This document shows, piece after piece, positions 23,859 through 36,489 of a stretch of 64,000 nt of DNA. The stretch comes from Octopus sinensis. Its lineage: Eukaryota. Position 1 is the first letter of the stretch; each line of letters opens with the position of its first letter. The notes below the pieces were generated by a model. It did not search any database. It saw nothing but the letters and a program-made list of their open reading frames with translations, and was not told the origin of the DNA. The DNA lies in contig NC_043006.1 of assembly GCF_006345805.1 (NCBI RefSeq), forward strand, positions 27,032,001 through 27,096,000. Reading direction: 5' to 3'. Position numbers and translations under genes: made by a program.

Positions 23859-24272
23859 AGGAGTGGCTGTGTGGTAAGTAGCTTGCTAACCAACCACATG
23901 GTTCCGGGTTCAGTCCCACTGCGTGGCATCTTGGGCAAGTGTTTTCTGCTATAGCCCCGGGCCGACCAATGCCTTGTGAGTGGATTTGGTAGACGGAAAC
24001 TGAAAGAAGCCTGTCGTATATATGTATATATGTATGTGCGTGTGTGTTTGCGTGTCTGTGTTTGTCCCCCTAGCATTGCTTGACAACTGATGCTGGTGTG
24101 TTTACGTCCCTGTCACTTAACGGTTTGGCAAAAAAAAAAAGAGGCCGATAGAATAAGTACTGGGCTTACAAAGAATAAGTCCCGGGGTCGATTTGCTCGA
24201 CTAAAGGCAGTGCTCCAGCATAGCCGCAGTCAAATGACTGAAACAAGTAAAAGAGTAGAGAGAGTAAAAGAG
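23859..24272 (+). mobile_element. SINE family 1, young full-length copy in HPRT intron 2
   Basis: Complete head, central domain and tail; retains many CpGs, unlike flanking intron. Confidence 0.93.
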
Positions 24273-25525
24273 TAACTGACTTATACATATAGATTTGAAA
24301 ATTCTTGAGTTTCCAAGATACCACATGATTGATTTCACATGCAACTGAAGACATGACTCGATTATATGGTCAATCATTGGTACACAATTATAAAAATAAA
24401 CAGTTGTCCAAATTTTAGGAACTATTCAACTCATACACAAAAACAAGTAAAATGAAAATATACACATAAACCCTTTTGTTACTATATTTCTAACCGAAAT
24501 ACACTCCTTATGTGTTTCAAATTTTAAAATAATCATGAATTCAGACATCTCTGACTTGTTTATTTACACACACACAAAATATTCCTAAAAGTGCTTGTAT
24601 TTCTAACTTTCTTTCAAGTGTGCAGGAAACCTCAAAATATTTTTTTTTACCTCTTTATTTATGTTTTGCATGACAACTTGTTTCTGCAATAATCGATCCA
24701 AAGGAAAAAGTTTAAAAAATAATCTAATGGTATTGTTTTTTTGCAAAGACTGAAACTAGATCTAATATATCTCCCAAAAAATAACTAAGATAAACAGTTT
24801 TTAAATTCTTACTAAATTCAGGTATGATTTCCATTTTTTTATATTTATCACTATCAAAATTATTGCTGGTATTTTTTCACTTTCAGAAAAAGAAATATCT
24901 GATTCATAATCATACACGGGGTTTTTACGTTTGTTGTATATTTTCTTGAACTTTTCTTTGTCTCCTTTTGAAAATACTTTGAATTCAAACTTGCAGTTTG
25001 ACTACATGAAACGGTATCAATTTTCATTCCGTAGCAAAACATTTCAGAAGATTGAAGTGGAAAAAAATGGGGGAAAAAAATCTCCAAAAATTCATAGCAC
25101 TCTGATAGCAAGTACAAAAATGAAGGACAGTGTAACTTGATTGTTTACATGGTAAAATTATGTTTTTACAAAATATCCATTAAAATATAGGTCATTCAGT
25201 TGGTTTTGGGCAGTATGGTAATGAAAGGGTTAATAGCTCTAAACACTAAATTAATAAATCAATTTCTTAGAGTCAATAAAAGTTAATTCATTTATAATAA
25301 AAATCAGCAGAAAAAATACATATAATGTGCATTTTACAGCTAGCAAGTAAAATACACATTATACAGCATTGCCACAAGAATGTAAAAAGTGTAGAGATAC
25401 AAAATCTGCTGCACTGGAATAAGAAATAGAATTAAGGCTATGGAATAAAGGAAAATAGATAATATCACATGCTATTTTGATGAACAATTAAAAACATAGC
25501 TATGGTTAAATTAGATTACACTTAC

Positions 25526-25632
25526 CTATCATTAATGAGTCCTGCAGGTATCATAATATCAGTCAAATCAGCTTCATAATGTTTAGGAACACAGAACATA
25601 TTCAAAGGGTAGCCAGCATAATCATCTTTAAT
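25526..25632 (-). CDS. HPRT1: HPRT coding exon 2 (IKDDYAGYPLNMFCVPKHYEADLTDIMIPAGLINDR)
   Basis: ttttacag acceptor, AG|gtaagt donor; 107 nt, same length as human HPRT1 exon 2; translation matches the HPRT N-terminus. Confidence 0.97.
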
Positions 25633-26149
25633 CTGTAAAAAGGACAACTTAACAATTAGCACACTTGCTAGTTATTTCTCCACAATAATTTATTTTCTAT
25701 TATAAGTCCCCCCCCCCAACTCACCTCGTTACATCACTTTCATTTTAAATAGGAGATTGCACATATTTTCCAGCAATATAATCGAATCCCAGCAGAATCT
25801 CATCTCACACTTCACGAACCAATACAGTATATCTAATTTTTAACTCTTCCCTTATTTAATCAACTTTTCATGTGCTTCTTTTTGATGGATCAAGAGAGTT
25901 TCATACTGGTTTCATGTGATGTAAGTTCATTCAAAGTATTGTGCAGTATATTATACAAGTGTTAATATCTACACCATAAAGTGTTGTTATCCACACCATG
26001 GAGATTCATGGTTTGAGGGAGGATATTAAAAAGATACAGAACTTTTAACATTATAATATTGCAATATCTAACCCTATTCTAGAAGAAAAAGACTAAAACT
26101 TTAGAAATCATGACATATATATCAGGTACATACATATGTATGTCTCTCT

Positions 26150-26720
26150 GTGTGTATGTCTCTATGCACTACATTACTCTTTTTGTACTCTATTTGGAGT
26201 CGGTTCCTGCAATGAGGAGGGAAATAAGCTACTGGAGTCCTGCGATACAAATGATCTGCAACACTAACTTCAGGAAACCAGCCAGTCACCTGTTCACCTA
26301 CCAATCTAGTGGCCACACAAGCCCGATTGACTACACTCTCGACAGAGACCAGGGAAAGTAGTTGCTTATAAATGTAAAGACCTTCCTAGGTGAAGAGTGC
26401 ACTCATTAGTCATTAGTGACATCATACTTTGGGTTACAAGGATTCCAAGAAGCAAACCAATCTGAAAGAGAAAGATCTGGAAACTAAAGGATCCTCTCAA
26501 TAGTTAGAAATTTAAAAACATTTTAATTGAAGCATTTGGCAAAGAGGGGATAGTGACATATAGCATTGAGGACAACTGGAAGTTCTTACAAAACAAATTA
26601 ATGAAAGCTACTGACCAAATCTGTGGCTGGTGCAAAGCCCCATTCAACCTATGGTGGTGGAACATTGTAGCAGACAGGGTCATTAGTGTAAAGAAACAGG
26701 CCTGGAAGAGGGGCGACAGT
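26150..26720 (+). mobile_element. RTE LINE fragment, end of AP endonuclease region
   Basis: CNTNFRKPASHLFTYQSSGHTSPIDY in ORF 26110-26361. Confidence 0.75.
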
Positions 26721-27019
26721 AGAGAACTATATCAGATAGCCCCCCCCCCTCCATCCCCTTTATACTATTTATAAGCCCACCCCCGTTCACTATGGGTAGG
26801 CCCCAATACTCTCCAAGACCATCTATTTCTCTCTCTCTCTCATTCTGGCTCTCTATCTCTTTCCTACCTTCCTTCTCCTGCTGGGGTAGTCAAATATCTC
26901 CTCTATAATAAGACAACCATGTCTGTCCTTCTATCATACTTTGACCTCTCGCCTGGCACACAGCCACTTCCCTCGGTTCCACTCCCTCTCTCAACTAAGA
27001 GGCTTTTGTCGTGAAAGTT

Positions 27020-27210
27020 ACTTGGCAATCCCACTGGTGCTGGTGTTATGTAAAAAAACTTGTACTGATGCCGTATAAAAAGCACCCAGCCATAGAAACA
27101 AAGCCAAAACAGACAATTGGAGCCTGGTTAGCTCTCTGGCTTGCTAGCTCCCGTCAAACTGTCCAACCCATACCAATATGGAAAATAGATGATGATGAAG
27201 AATGTGATTA
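27020..27210 (+). mobile_element. RTE LINE 3' tail copy
   Basis: ataaaaagcacccagcc...ccaaccca...(GAT)n. Confidence 0.75.
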
Positions 27211-27299
27211 AGAGAACACAATTTTCAGAGTACAAAAATAGAATGTGATCCAACTAGAAAATTGCAATCCTTCAGTTCTTGAGCACTTGCTTATACCAG

Positions 27300-28060
27300 A
27301 GCTTATAATCCTATTTTCCTTCATATATTATCCATAAGAACTCCTATATGCTGATGATCTAGTTCTCATAGGGGAATTTAAGAGGATATTCTGGAACCTA
27401 GAATCAAGACGTCTTACGATAAACTTAATTGAGACAAAGGCTTTAGTAAGAATGAAGACAGGACCCTGGTATCTTCAGGGAAAGGAGTATGAATAAATTC
27501 CATAAACTGTACACCATATAAGCTATGAAAACAGCTTTGTATGTGACAGATGCACTGGAACAGTACATACTATGAACACACTGGACTCTTTTGAATGCCT
27601 GGATGGCTAACTAGTAGTAGTTGATAGCTTCTATTACCTAAGGGATGTAATTAGCGAGGGAGGTGGCTGCTCCAAAAGAATAGTAGCCAGAGTAAAAGTG
27701 GGTTAGAGAAAGTTGAAAGAGCTACTACCACTGTTGGCAACAAAGGTTTATTCCCCACAGGGTGAAGGGCAGATTGTATGATGCTTGTGTTAGAATTGTA
27801 ATGCTGTATGGTAGTGATAGATGGGTTTTAAGCATAAGAGGACTTGAGAAAACTGGAAAAGAAGTGAAGTGAGCATATGCTGTTGGATGTGCTGAGAGTA
27901 AAACTGGGCATAAGAGGAATCGAATGTAGTGTGCACGAAAGAAGACTGCACTGGTGTGGACATGTGGTGGTATATATGGGTGATGACAGCTGCATAAGTA
28001 GTGGTTGGAGTTTATGGAAGAGGGAAAACCAAGAAGACATATACATATAACACACACGGT
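27300..28060 (+). mobile_element. RTE LINE RT C-terminal fragment
   Basis: gaactcctatatgctgatgatcta (ELLYADDL) at ~27340 and downstream decayed RT motifs. Confidence 0.8.
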
Positions 28061-29189
28061 GATTGCACCATATTCACAGATGATTGCTGTCTCCTTGTTC
28101 TTCTTCATTGTCAGTGCGTCATTTCTGACTTTTCATCCATGACTCTCATCATCATCATCATTTAACGTCTGCTTTCCATGCTAGCATGGGTTGGACGATT
28201 TTGACTGAGGGCTGGCGAACCAGATGGCTGCACCAGGCTCGACTATTTAGTTCTGTTGCACATCTGCATGGTTTGAAGCATAGGTAACAACATACATAAG
28301 TTGGAACTTACAATGTGCTTCTGCACAGTAAGTTACAACATTTTCCAATCACCACAGGACTTTCAGCAGATGGGATGACAAATAAGATCACCATAAAGAG
28401 ACATTTGTACATCATTGGATTACAGTGATATACACTTGTAGAACATGAGTACCAGAATTAGAACCGAGTGACAGGCCAAAGAAAGATGGCCCATAATCAC
28501 ATAAAATTGCAGGCTTTGCATCAATGTGTTCCTCTCATGACAACTACAGGTCCCTCACTCCCAATGGCTTTACTTTATCCTCTGACATCAACCAAGTGTA
28601 TGTCTGTATCTCTGCACTGAAATGGAATGTCATCACATATGCTAGTTAACTCACAACCAGGACCATGACAGGTGCTACTTACTACTCTAGGTCAGAGTTG
28701 ACCTGGAGACAATAGTGGCTAAGAGGTGGTTCCACACTCCTCAAGACCCTTGAACTCCTGAACCAGAGCCCCACTACAGCATTTAGTTTAAAGTTATACC
28801 CTGGACATACACAAAGCTTTACTCTGCCATTACCTTCTGGATTTTATTTAGAGATGTTTGTACTATTGTTTTAATTGTGGACATTTTCTGTTTTTGGTGG
28901 ATATAGTTCTTCATGGTGTCTGGTCAGTTTGTATTCTTCTCCATCAATCTTAAAACAACCTTCAAGCAGTGAAGTAATTCATATGTTACAAGTAACATCT
29001 TACAATACATATTCAAAACTACCCCTGAAAAAACCCAGATAGCTCAAGAGGGTCTCAAAAGATTATGTAGTGTCTCTAGCCAAATACAAAGTTGCTGAAA
29101 CTGTATGTAAACAATGACCACCAGTACAAAACGGAAGGGCCACATAGAAATGATAGGCCACATTCACACAAGTCATTTTACGTAAGTAA

Positions 29190-29335
29190 CCACTCGTGGC
29201 ATGACACTTGGGGTAAGTGTTTTTTACTATAACCCTGGGCCAACTAAAAGCTTGAGTGGATTCAGTAGACAGAAATTGAAAGAAGCCCATCATATGTGTG
29301 AGTGTGTGTCTCCTCATCTTGACATCACATGATGG
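29190..29335 (+). mobile_element. SINE family 1, central fragment
   Basis: gtggattcagtagacagaaattgaaagaagccc motif. Confidence 0.7.
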
Positions 29336-29439
29336 CTGTAAATGACACCACTGCTATACAAGCAGTATCCTTCATTTCCAAACAGTGACTCCTTAGACTA
29401 AGATTAAACAAAACTGGAAAATGGAATGTCACAAATGAT

Positions 29440-29650
29440 GATGATGATGGTGACATCATTATCATCATCATCATCAAACATCCATCTTTTATGCTGGAAT
29501 GGGTTGGACTGTTCAACAAGATCTGATAAGTCAAAAGATAGTTTAGAGCTCCAATGTCTGTTTTGGCAAGATTTCTATGGCTTGATGTCCTTCCTAATGC
29601 TAACCACTTTACAGAGTGGTATCAGCACTAGTGAGGTCACCAAGTTATTC
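29440..29650 (-). mobile_element. RTE LINE 3' tail copy
   Basis: (ATC)n...gatgtccttcctaatgctaaccac...cactagtgaggtc. Confidence 0.75.
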
Positions 29651-30653
29651 AATCGAACAGGAGTATAGTATAGAAGGAAGCAGCTTTATACTATATGACA
29701 GAGGGACAGGAATAGATTTGTTGCAGAAGAGGAGATACATGGCCACCACCTGTAACACCTGAAGAAAACCAGCTTAGTGATATTTAAAAAATTGCTTATT
29801 ACAAATCTCTGTTACTCATTATATCATACATTGTGTATTGTTTCCTAAAATAACTTCTATAGCATCACACACAACCATTTATGAGATAAAGAAAAGAATT
29901 ATGCCTACATAAATTATTTATATATCAAAATTGATTTAATTTTAATTTATGCTGTAACAATTTTATACTAGCCAAGCAATTACTTCATAATAATTATCTG
30001 TAAACAATGCTTAAAGCTACTCTGTCTACCACAGTTGATTCTTGGTACATATTTTCCCAATCCACAAATAGTAAAAATTAAAGTTTTAACAGGATTAAGC
30101 TCAGATATTGATGCAGTAAATTTTGACATTATAAAACTTTTATGCTATTATGAATACACTCAATTTTGTATAACAATTTCAACAACAGCACTCAAAATCA
30201 TCACTAGCTTACAAAGACATGTAAAGGTACATAACAGATAATACATATAACAGATAATAACATCATAGGGATGTTGTGAAGTAGGTTTTCATTGGCAATA
30301 AATCATAACTGATAAAACTAAAAGAAAATAAAATCTAAGAGACATAAACACAAATAAACCAATATTTTACAGACCTAAAAATTCATACTTTTGACTAGTG
30401 AGCCATGTGCTTATATCTATAATGAACAGTAGTCAATAAATAGAATGCTGTATAAATTTTTTTTTTAAATGTCTTGAGAAAACAACTTTAAAATTTATTA
30501 TTTTTTTTTAAATGACATTCTAATTATGTACCTTATGAAAGAAGATTATAATTGTTTAAAATAAATTTTGTAAAAACAGCAAATTCATCATTTAGCTTTT
30601 TAGAGATATATAATAAAAGAACAAAACAGTATTATATACAGATATAAACATAC

Positions 30654-30700
30654 CTCCATTATACTCCAGTAGCAATAACAAAATGAATTAAGACAAAATC
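30654..30700 (-). other. Candidate alternative HPRT exon in intron 1 (47 nt) ending ATG GAG in frame with exon 2
   Basis: tttaaatag|GATTTTG...GTATAATGGAG|gtatgt; ATG at 30659-30657 has A at -3 and G at +4. Confidence 0.35.
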
Positions 30701-32565
30701 CTATTTAAATTAGATGAAATTTTTTTAAAAAAGATAACTTCATTTTGCTGGCTCACTACTGAAATGTCTCAGTTTACCTGCATGTTTTAAATGACTACTA
30801 GAGTAATGAAACGTAGCAAGCAAAGTAAAGAATAGGGAGAGTGAGAGTCAAAAGAAATCAATAGAATTACTAAGTAATCAGAAGGGATTATTTCAAACAA
30901 TCGCTTACTATAATCATCTATTAAATGAACTGTGATGAGCAAGGACAGAAAAAGCAGGACACCTTTTAGTATGTCATTCTTTTGTCAACATCCATTAGTT
31001 TTAGTTGCAATAAGAAAATTAACATAACAGTATTTAAATATAATCACTCAAATACCCAGATCATAAAGTAAGTTTGTTTGGACTATTTTTTTTTGTTTGA
31101 GACAGCCACTAAAATCCAGTTAGCAAAGAAAATCACTGGATTATTTTATTAAAATATTAGACTAGTTCTTTGCAAAAACATTCATAATTTTTAAATGCAT
31201 TCCATACTAACATAAAATACTAACATACTGTTTTATAAGAACATTTATTTGAATACTTGAGTATTACACATCTGTTAAGTTAATTCAATGATATATTTAT
31301 GTAAGAGTTATTCTAGCTTCTATCAGTAGTATAGAAATAAAGCCTTTATCCTCCATTTATTCAGCTTTAAACAGTTGTTTTAATGTTTATTTTCCATTCT
31401 GAACATAAGAGTAAATTGCTACTTCATACAATGTCATTTCTTCAGTAACACATTTTGAAATCTAACCTCACAGCTTCCTCCCATGTCTTCCTCTGTGAAG
31501 GATACTGTCCACAGCCACCATACAGCAATTTTTCACCAAGCATGCATTAGCTAAAACCTCTAATACCTAGCTGCCATTTCAGCTCATTCACATTCCACTT
31601 GTCATACAAATTAATATTACATATCAAATAGATCGTGCATAACTTAGCTTACTCCAGCCTCCATTTTTTTTTTTTTATATTAAGTACTCATGTTCATTAC
31701 CATGAGGTATCATATTTCGTATGTATTAAATTTCATATGTATCATACAGTTTTCCATTTGCCTGAAAAATACCTTGTTAATAGCTCCCAAAAATATACTT
31801 TGACTACGACTTACACCAGTTAGGTTGCACAGGTAATAGAAACTATCTACTACATCTAATATAGTCATGGTTTCTTTCATGGTCAACTGTATCTGAACTG
31901 TTCCATGTAAGTAGGAGAAATAATCTATACATATTAACACACACAACATAGGATAAACTGCTTATAAAGAGATTGTATATCAAATATTTGAAATTTTACT
32001 TCATCTGAAATCATATTCAAGTAAAAAAAAAATTTTTTTTTAATCAGACTCGAAGGAAAGTTAACTTCTAAAGACTATAATCTTATATATAATATCCTTT
32101 AGAAAGGTATGAAGAAGAGTCCTCAATGTATGTAACTTGACACAGGATATTATAAAATACTGAAATTATATTTTTGTAAACTTAAAAGTTTCAAATAAAT
32201 GCAAAACTGTGGTTATATAAGTAACTCTAGTACTGAAACAAAGACTATATATATATAAATTGGGATATCGACTATTTCTTACATTGCATATATCAAGGGA
32301 TTCCCACATGGTTCCAGTGTTTTACTTTAACTTCTAAACTTCCTTTTTCATGTTACAGGTACCATCTGTATTACAGAAATGTTGCCTTCATGAAAATCTT
32401 GCAACAATATGGAATTCCACATCACAAAATCTTTTTTTCCATTGACTTCTATATAATATGGGAAGTTGATAAAAAAATAGATTTTGTGTTCTGGAATTAC
32501 ACGTTACCACAACATTTCTGTATTGTGAGAGATGACTGTATTCCACTAGTGATTAAAAATAAACG

Positions 32566-32895
32566 TGTCCCATTCTATCTTGAATTTGAGTTTTCTTTTC
32601 TGCTTTTCATGGTTACAGAAAGCGGGTCTATTTCAGATGAAAATATCCATTGAAAAAAAAAACAGTATAATGAAGAAAAGATTTTAAAAAAATTGTGTAA
32701 TACACTCATTTTGAATGTTTTAAATGTTCAAAATGAGTGTACTATGTAAATTTTCTTCCTTTTTAATTTTTTCTTCAGTGTATTGTTTTTTTTCAATAGA
32801 TAGTTTCATCTGAAACAGACTCACTTTCTGCAATCATATAAGAAAAAAGAAAAAGAAAAAAAAATGAAAAATCAAATTCAAGACAGAATGGAACA
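32566..32895. repeat. Degenerate ~330-bp foldback in HPRT intron 1
   Basis: Nested arms: tgtcccattctatcttgaatttga / tcaaattcaagacagaatggaaca; ttcagatgaaa / tttcatctgaa; tacactcattttgaa / ttcaaaatgagtgta. Confidence 0.8.
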
Positions 32896-32908
32896 AATCA
32901 ATTTTGAA

Positions 32909-33133
32909 CCCTTTAGCATTTAAACCGGCCGTATATGACCCAAGTATTTTATCTGTTTTATGTTCAAACCAACAAGAGCAGATCTCTCCCTCACACCTAC
33001 TCTACAATCTCATTCTAAGAATGCAACTATCACATTATTGAACTCTCAAAGCTACAAGACAATGCCTAATAAATTCAAAACAATGTGAATAAATAAGTTT
33101 AACATTTGATAAAGAAATCTGAATACTAAAGGG
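32909..33133. mobile_element. piggyBac-like MITE (CCCTTTAG...CTAAAGGG ends)
   Basis: CCCTTTAGCATTT / AATACTAAAGGG termini; flanks are degenerate TTAA (tgaa / ttta). A lone right end (aaagggttaa) also occurs near 25226-25235. Confidence 0.6.
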
Positions 33134-33584
33134 TTTATCACTGATACAATTTGTTTGCATAATGCCAGGAATTATAAATAGGAACAAAAAAATCCAAATT
33201 AAAAATTAGTTCAAAAGCTATTTTGTATGTTTCAATTTGTTATTATGACATATCAATTATTGGAAAGCTCAAACCAAACCTTGATGTGATTGTTTAACTA
33301 ATTGTAAATCTTTATCAAATAACACCCAACTATATAAACCAAAAAAGGCAATGGATATTGCTACCTTATATATGCCTGTAGAAAAAGATGGGATAATCAC
33401 AGTTGGAATAACAATGATTATAGATCATATTCATCATGGTTAACCTAGAGCTGAACAACAACAATTACAGAATATTTTATGAATTCTCTCAAGAATACTG
33501 TCTTCAGCATTTTAAATCAAGTCTATGATTTGTCCAATAGTAAAACTTGCAAGTAAAATCAAACTTAGCTACAAAACTTATTAC

Positions 33585-33737
33585 ATCATCATCATCATTG
33601 TTTAACGTCCGCTTTCCATGCTAGCATGGGTTGGATGGTTCAACTGGGGTCTGGGAAGCCAGAAGGCTGCACCAGGCCCAGTCTGATCTGGCAGTGTTTC
33701 TACAGCTGGATGCCCTTCCTAACGCCAACCACTCCTT
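33585..33737 (-). mobile_element. RTE LINE 3' tail copy (young)
   Basis: Near-identical to 6988-7135. Confidence 0.9.
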
Positions 33738-34479
33738 GTTATAAAATTATAACTGTTTAAAGAGTTCTTCAAAATATTCCACAAATTGTTTTCTGGACTC
33801 TTGAAGGAGTATATGTGTTAATACAGCTGATATTTTTATTCACAAAGTTAATTCTGTTACCATTTAACTCTTTTGAGTGACAGTATATAAAATCAAGTGT
33901 AAATACAAAATTTTTCTAACAAATAGATAAATAATTCTTTGTTCGATTAACAACTACAGTAAAAAGTACTTGAAAGAAGTATTTCCACAGTATGTCTACA
34001 GTAACCACAACTGGTCTGGCTAAAATAGAATAACGAAAGCTCCAGGGCCCACTGATTATGTCTTTAGTGCTGGTTTCATGATAAGCACACTTGGTCCACA
34101 CCATAGTGAAAATTGATAAGAAAAACCCTCATCCAGTCATAAAAATAAAACACAACCAAATTCTATGAAAAAGTAGAGCTGATAAAACCAAAAATTCTCT
34201 GAAGAACTTATCAGAGGAAAAGAGAAAGCTATTCAAATTTGTGTTCAATCCAGATAAAATGCTGCTTTTTTTGAAATTTGTCCAATATATGAAACAAAGA
34301 AAATACACATGCTGATGATTTTCAAGCAAACAGTTAACAAGAGACTTATCACCCAAACAGTAACCTTTTCTCCACAGCTATACTATCTACAAAAAGATAA
34401 AATGTAAAGAGAATATTCCAAAACATTGTCCTTCAAGATCTTGCATAATGTTCTCCAACCATACACCACCTACATGCAA

Positions 34480-35400
34480 GCTAGACACCACACACCAAAC
34501 CAACATTGAGTGATTCCATGAACAGAGGCCTTCAAACCATCTTCCAATGGGAACGTCAATCTTGACTCTTTCAACAGCAAGAAAATGAACTCACATCAAG
34601 AAAACATTGTATCATACTCCTCTTGAATCAGGAGCAGCTTGCAATTAGAATCCTCATAATTGCTTCAACTGTTGGGTTTAACTATTAACAAGGATCTCTC
34701 TTCACAAAAGTACATCCTCGATATAGCCACGATTACATCTCAATGACAAGCCCATCTCTTAACTGCCAGAACATACTTCAGCCCCTAACAATTACTAATA
34801 CTCTACAAAGCTCAGGTGGAACATTGCTTTCATATCGGGGACACTTGTTCTGCTGCACACACAAACATTTTAGACTGCATCCAGAAAAGGCCACCCAAAT
34901 GACTGACATGAAGTCATCATCATCATTGTTTAACATCCGCTTTTCATGCCGGCATTGGTTGGATGGTTTCACTGAGGAGTAACTCACAGATATGCTTAAG
35001 CCTCTTTTGCAACTACTATAATAGCTTCTTCCCCATGGAGCTGGCTGGGCTCAAACCACTTCTACTCAAGATTCTTGACTCACCCGTTTCTCCTTTCTAT
35101 TACCCTTGTTGTGTCCACTCAACACCTGCCCCCATGCCCTGCACTAATCACCATGCCCTGATCTTCTTTCCCAGAATATTGGTCCTCTAGAATTCCCCTC
35201 TAGCTTGTGTTTTTCTTGCAGATGTTGACTTGCAAAAATTCATGAGGATTAACTGACATCAATCTCATCAATCTTGGAAGATCTGTGAAGGTCATGATCA
35301 CTGCCCCTTCCTCCAAATGCAGGAAAAAAGATCTAGTTACCATAATCAACTAAACAAAATGTTAACAAGTCTGTTAGTGTCCCAATATCAAGGAAGCAAA
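34480..35400 (+). mobile_element. Old CR1/L2-like LINE remnant interrupted by an RTE tail fragment (~34915-34975)
   Basis: Homologous to 9780-10200. Confidence 0.45.
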
Positions 35401-35809
35401 CTTGCACTCCAACTGAAAGCTTCAAAGTCAATACAAATTCTTGACTTCAAAATCCTTTATACTTTCTGATGACAACCCCACAACTATAACATTGCCGAAA
35501 TTGCAAATTTGAAAATATTTTAGTTTTGATTTTCTATTTTTACCATGAATCATACCCTCTCCAAACAATGCACAAAATACCAACCCTATCATTCTTCCTC
35601 ACAACTTTCGGCCTTTGGGAATCATCCCACGCCCATTTTTTTTCTGCAAGCATCACTCTGCAGAGCCTGAATATCAACTGCATTGTCCTAAGTTTGGCAG
35701 GGACTTCAAAAGATTGTAGGTGTTGCTCAACCAACTAAATTAAAATTGAAAAGCCTTATATCTACAAATCCATTTTGTTTTAACTATACTAAGAAACTTG
35801 TTTGTCATT

Positions 35810-36480
35810 CATCATTTAGAATCATTTTTCATGATGGCATGGATTGGACTTGACAGGAACACACCAGGTTCCATTGTCTGTTTTGGATTGGTTTCTACAG
35901 CTGGATGCCCTTCCTAATGCCAACCACTCTACAGAGTGGTTAGCACCATCACCAGTGCTTTTTACGTGGCACCTCAGTCTTAGGATCTCAATTCTATTGC
36001 GGTGGGCAGGTCTTAAGTACAGCAATGCACCACATAATCTTTCTCCTGTTATCTCTTTTGTAAGATTCAATGTTTTGAGATGAACCTTCAGTACTTCATC
36101 TCATGTCTTCCTGGGCCTCCCTCTTCAACAACTTCCCTCCACTTTAAGCTGTCTTCATCCATCTACATTACATGACCAAACCAGTGCACAGTCTCCTCTT
36201 ATGCCCAACTCTCTCAATACAACAATGCTCTTTTGCACATGCACACTGACATTGCACACCCAGCAGAGCATGCTAGCTTTGTTCCTCTCCAACCTTCACA
36301 TGTCCTCCACATTCAGGCCCCATGTCTCACAATCATGCAGTGTTGTAGTTTGTACACATGCATCATACAATTTTCCCTTCATTGAAAGAGGGAAATCTTT
36401 GGTTGCAAACAAAGGTAAAAGCTCTCTGAACTATTCTTAGTCTAGCAATTACACTTTCTGTATAACCTCCTTCACTGCTA
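35810..36480 (-). mobile_element. RTE LINE 3' fragment
   Basis: Tail motif ctggatgcccttcctaatgccaacc plus decayed RT C-terminus. Confidence 0.75.
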
Positions 36481-36489
36481 ATTAGGTTA

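Noticed and set aside
25725-26078. Alternative exon with donor gtgagt and G-run 92 nt upstream of exon 2
   Set aside because: An in-frame stop sits 3 codons before the donor and there is no in-frame ATG; acceptor assignment is arbitrary without RNA data.
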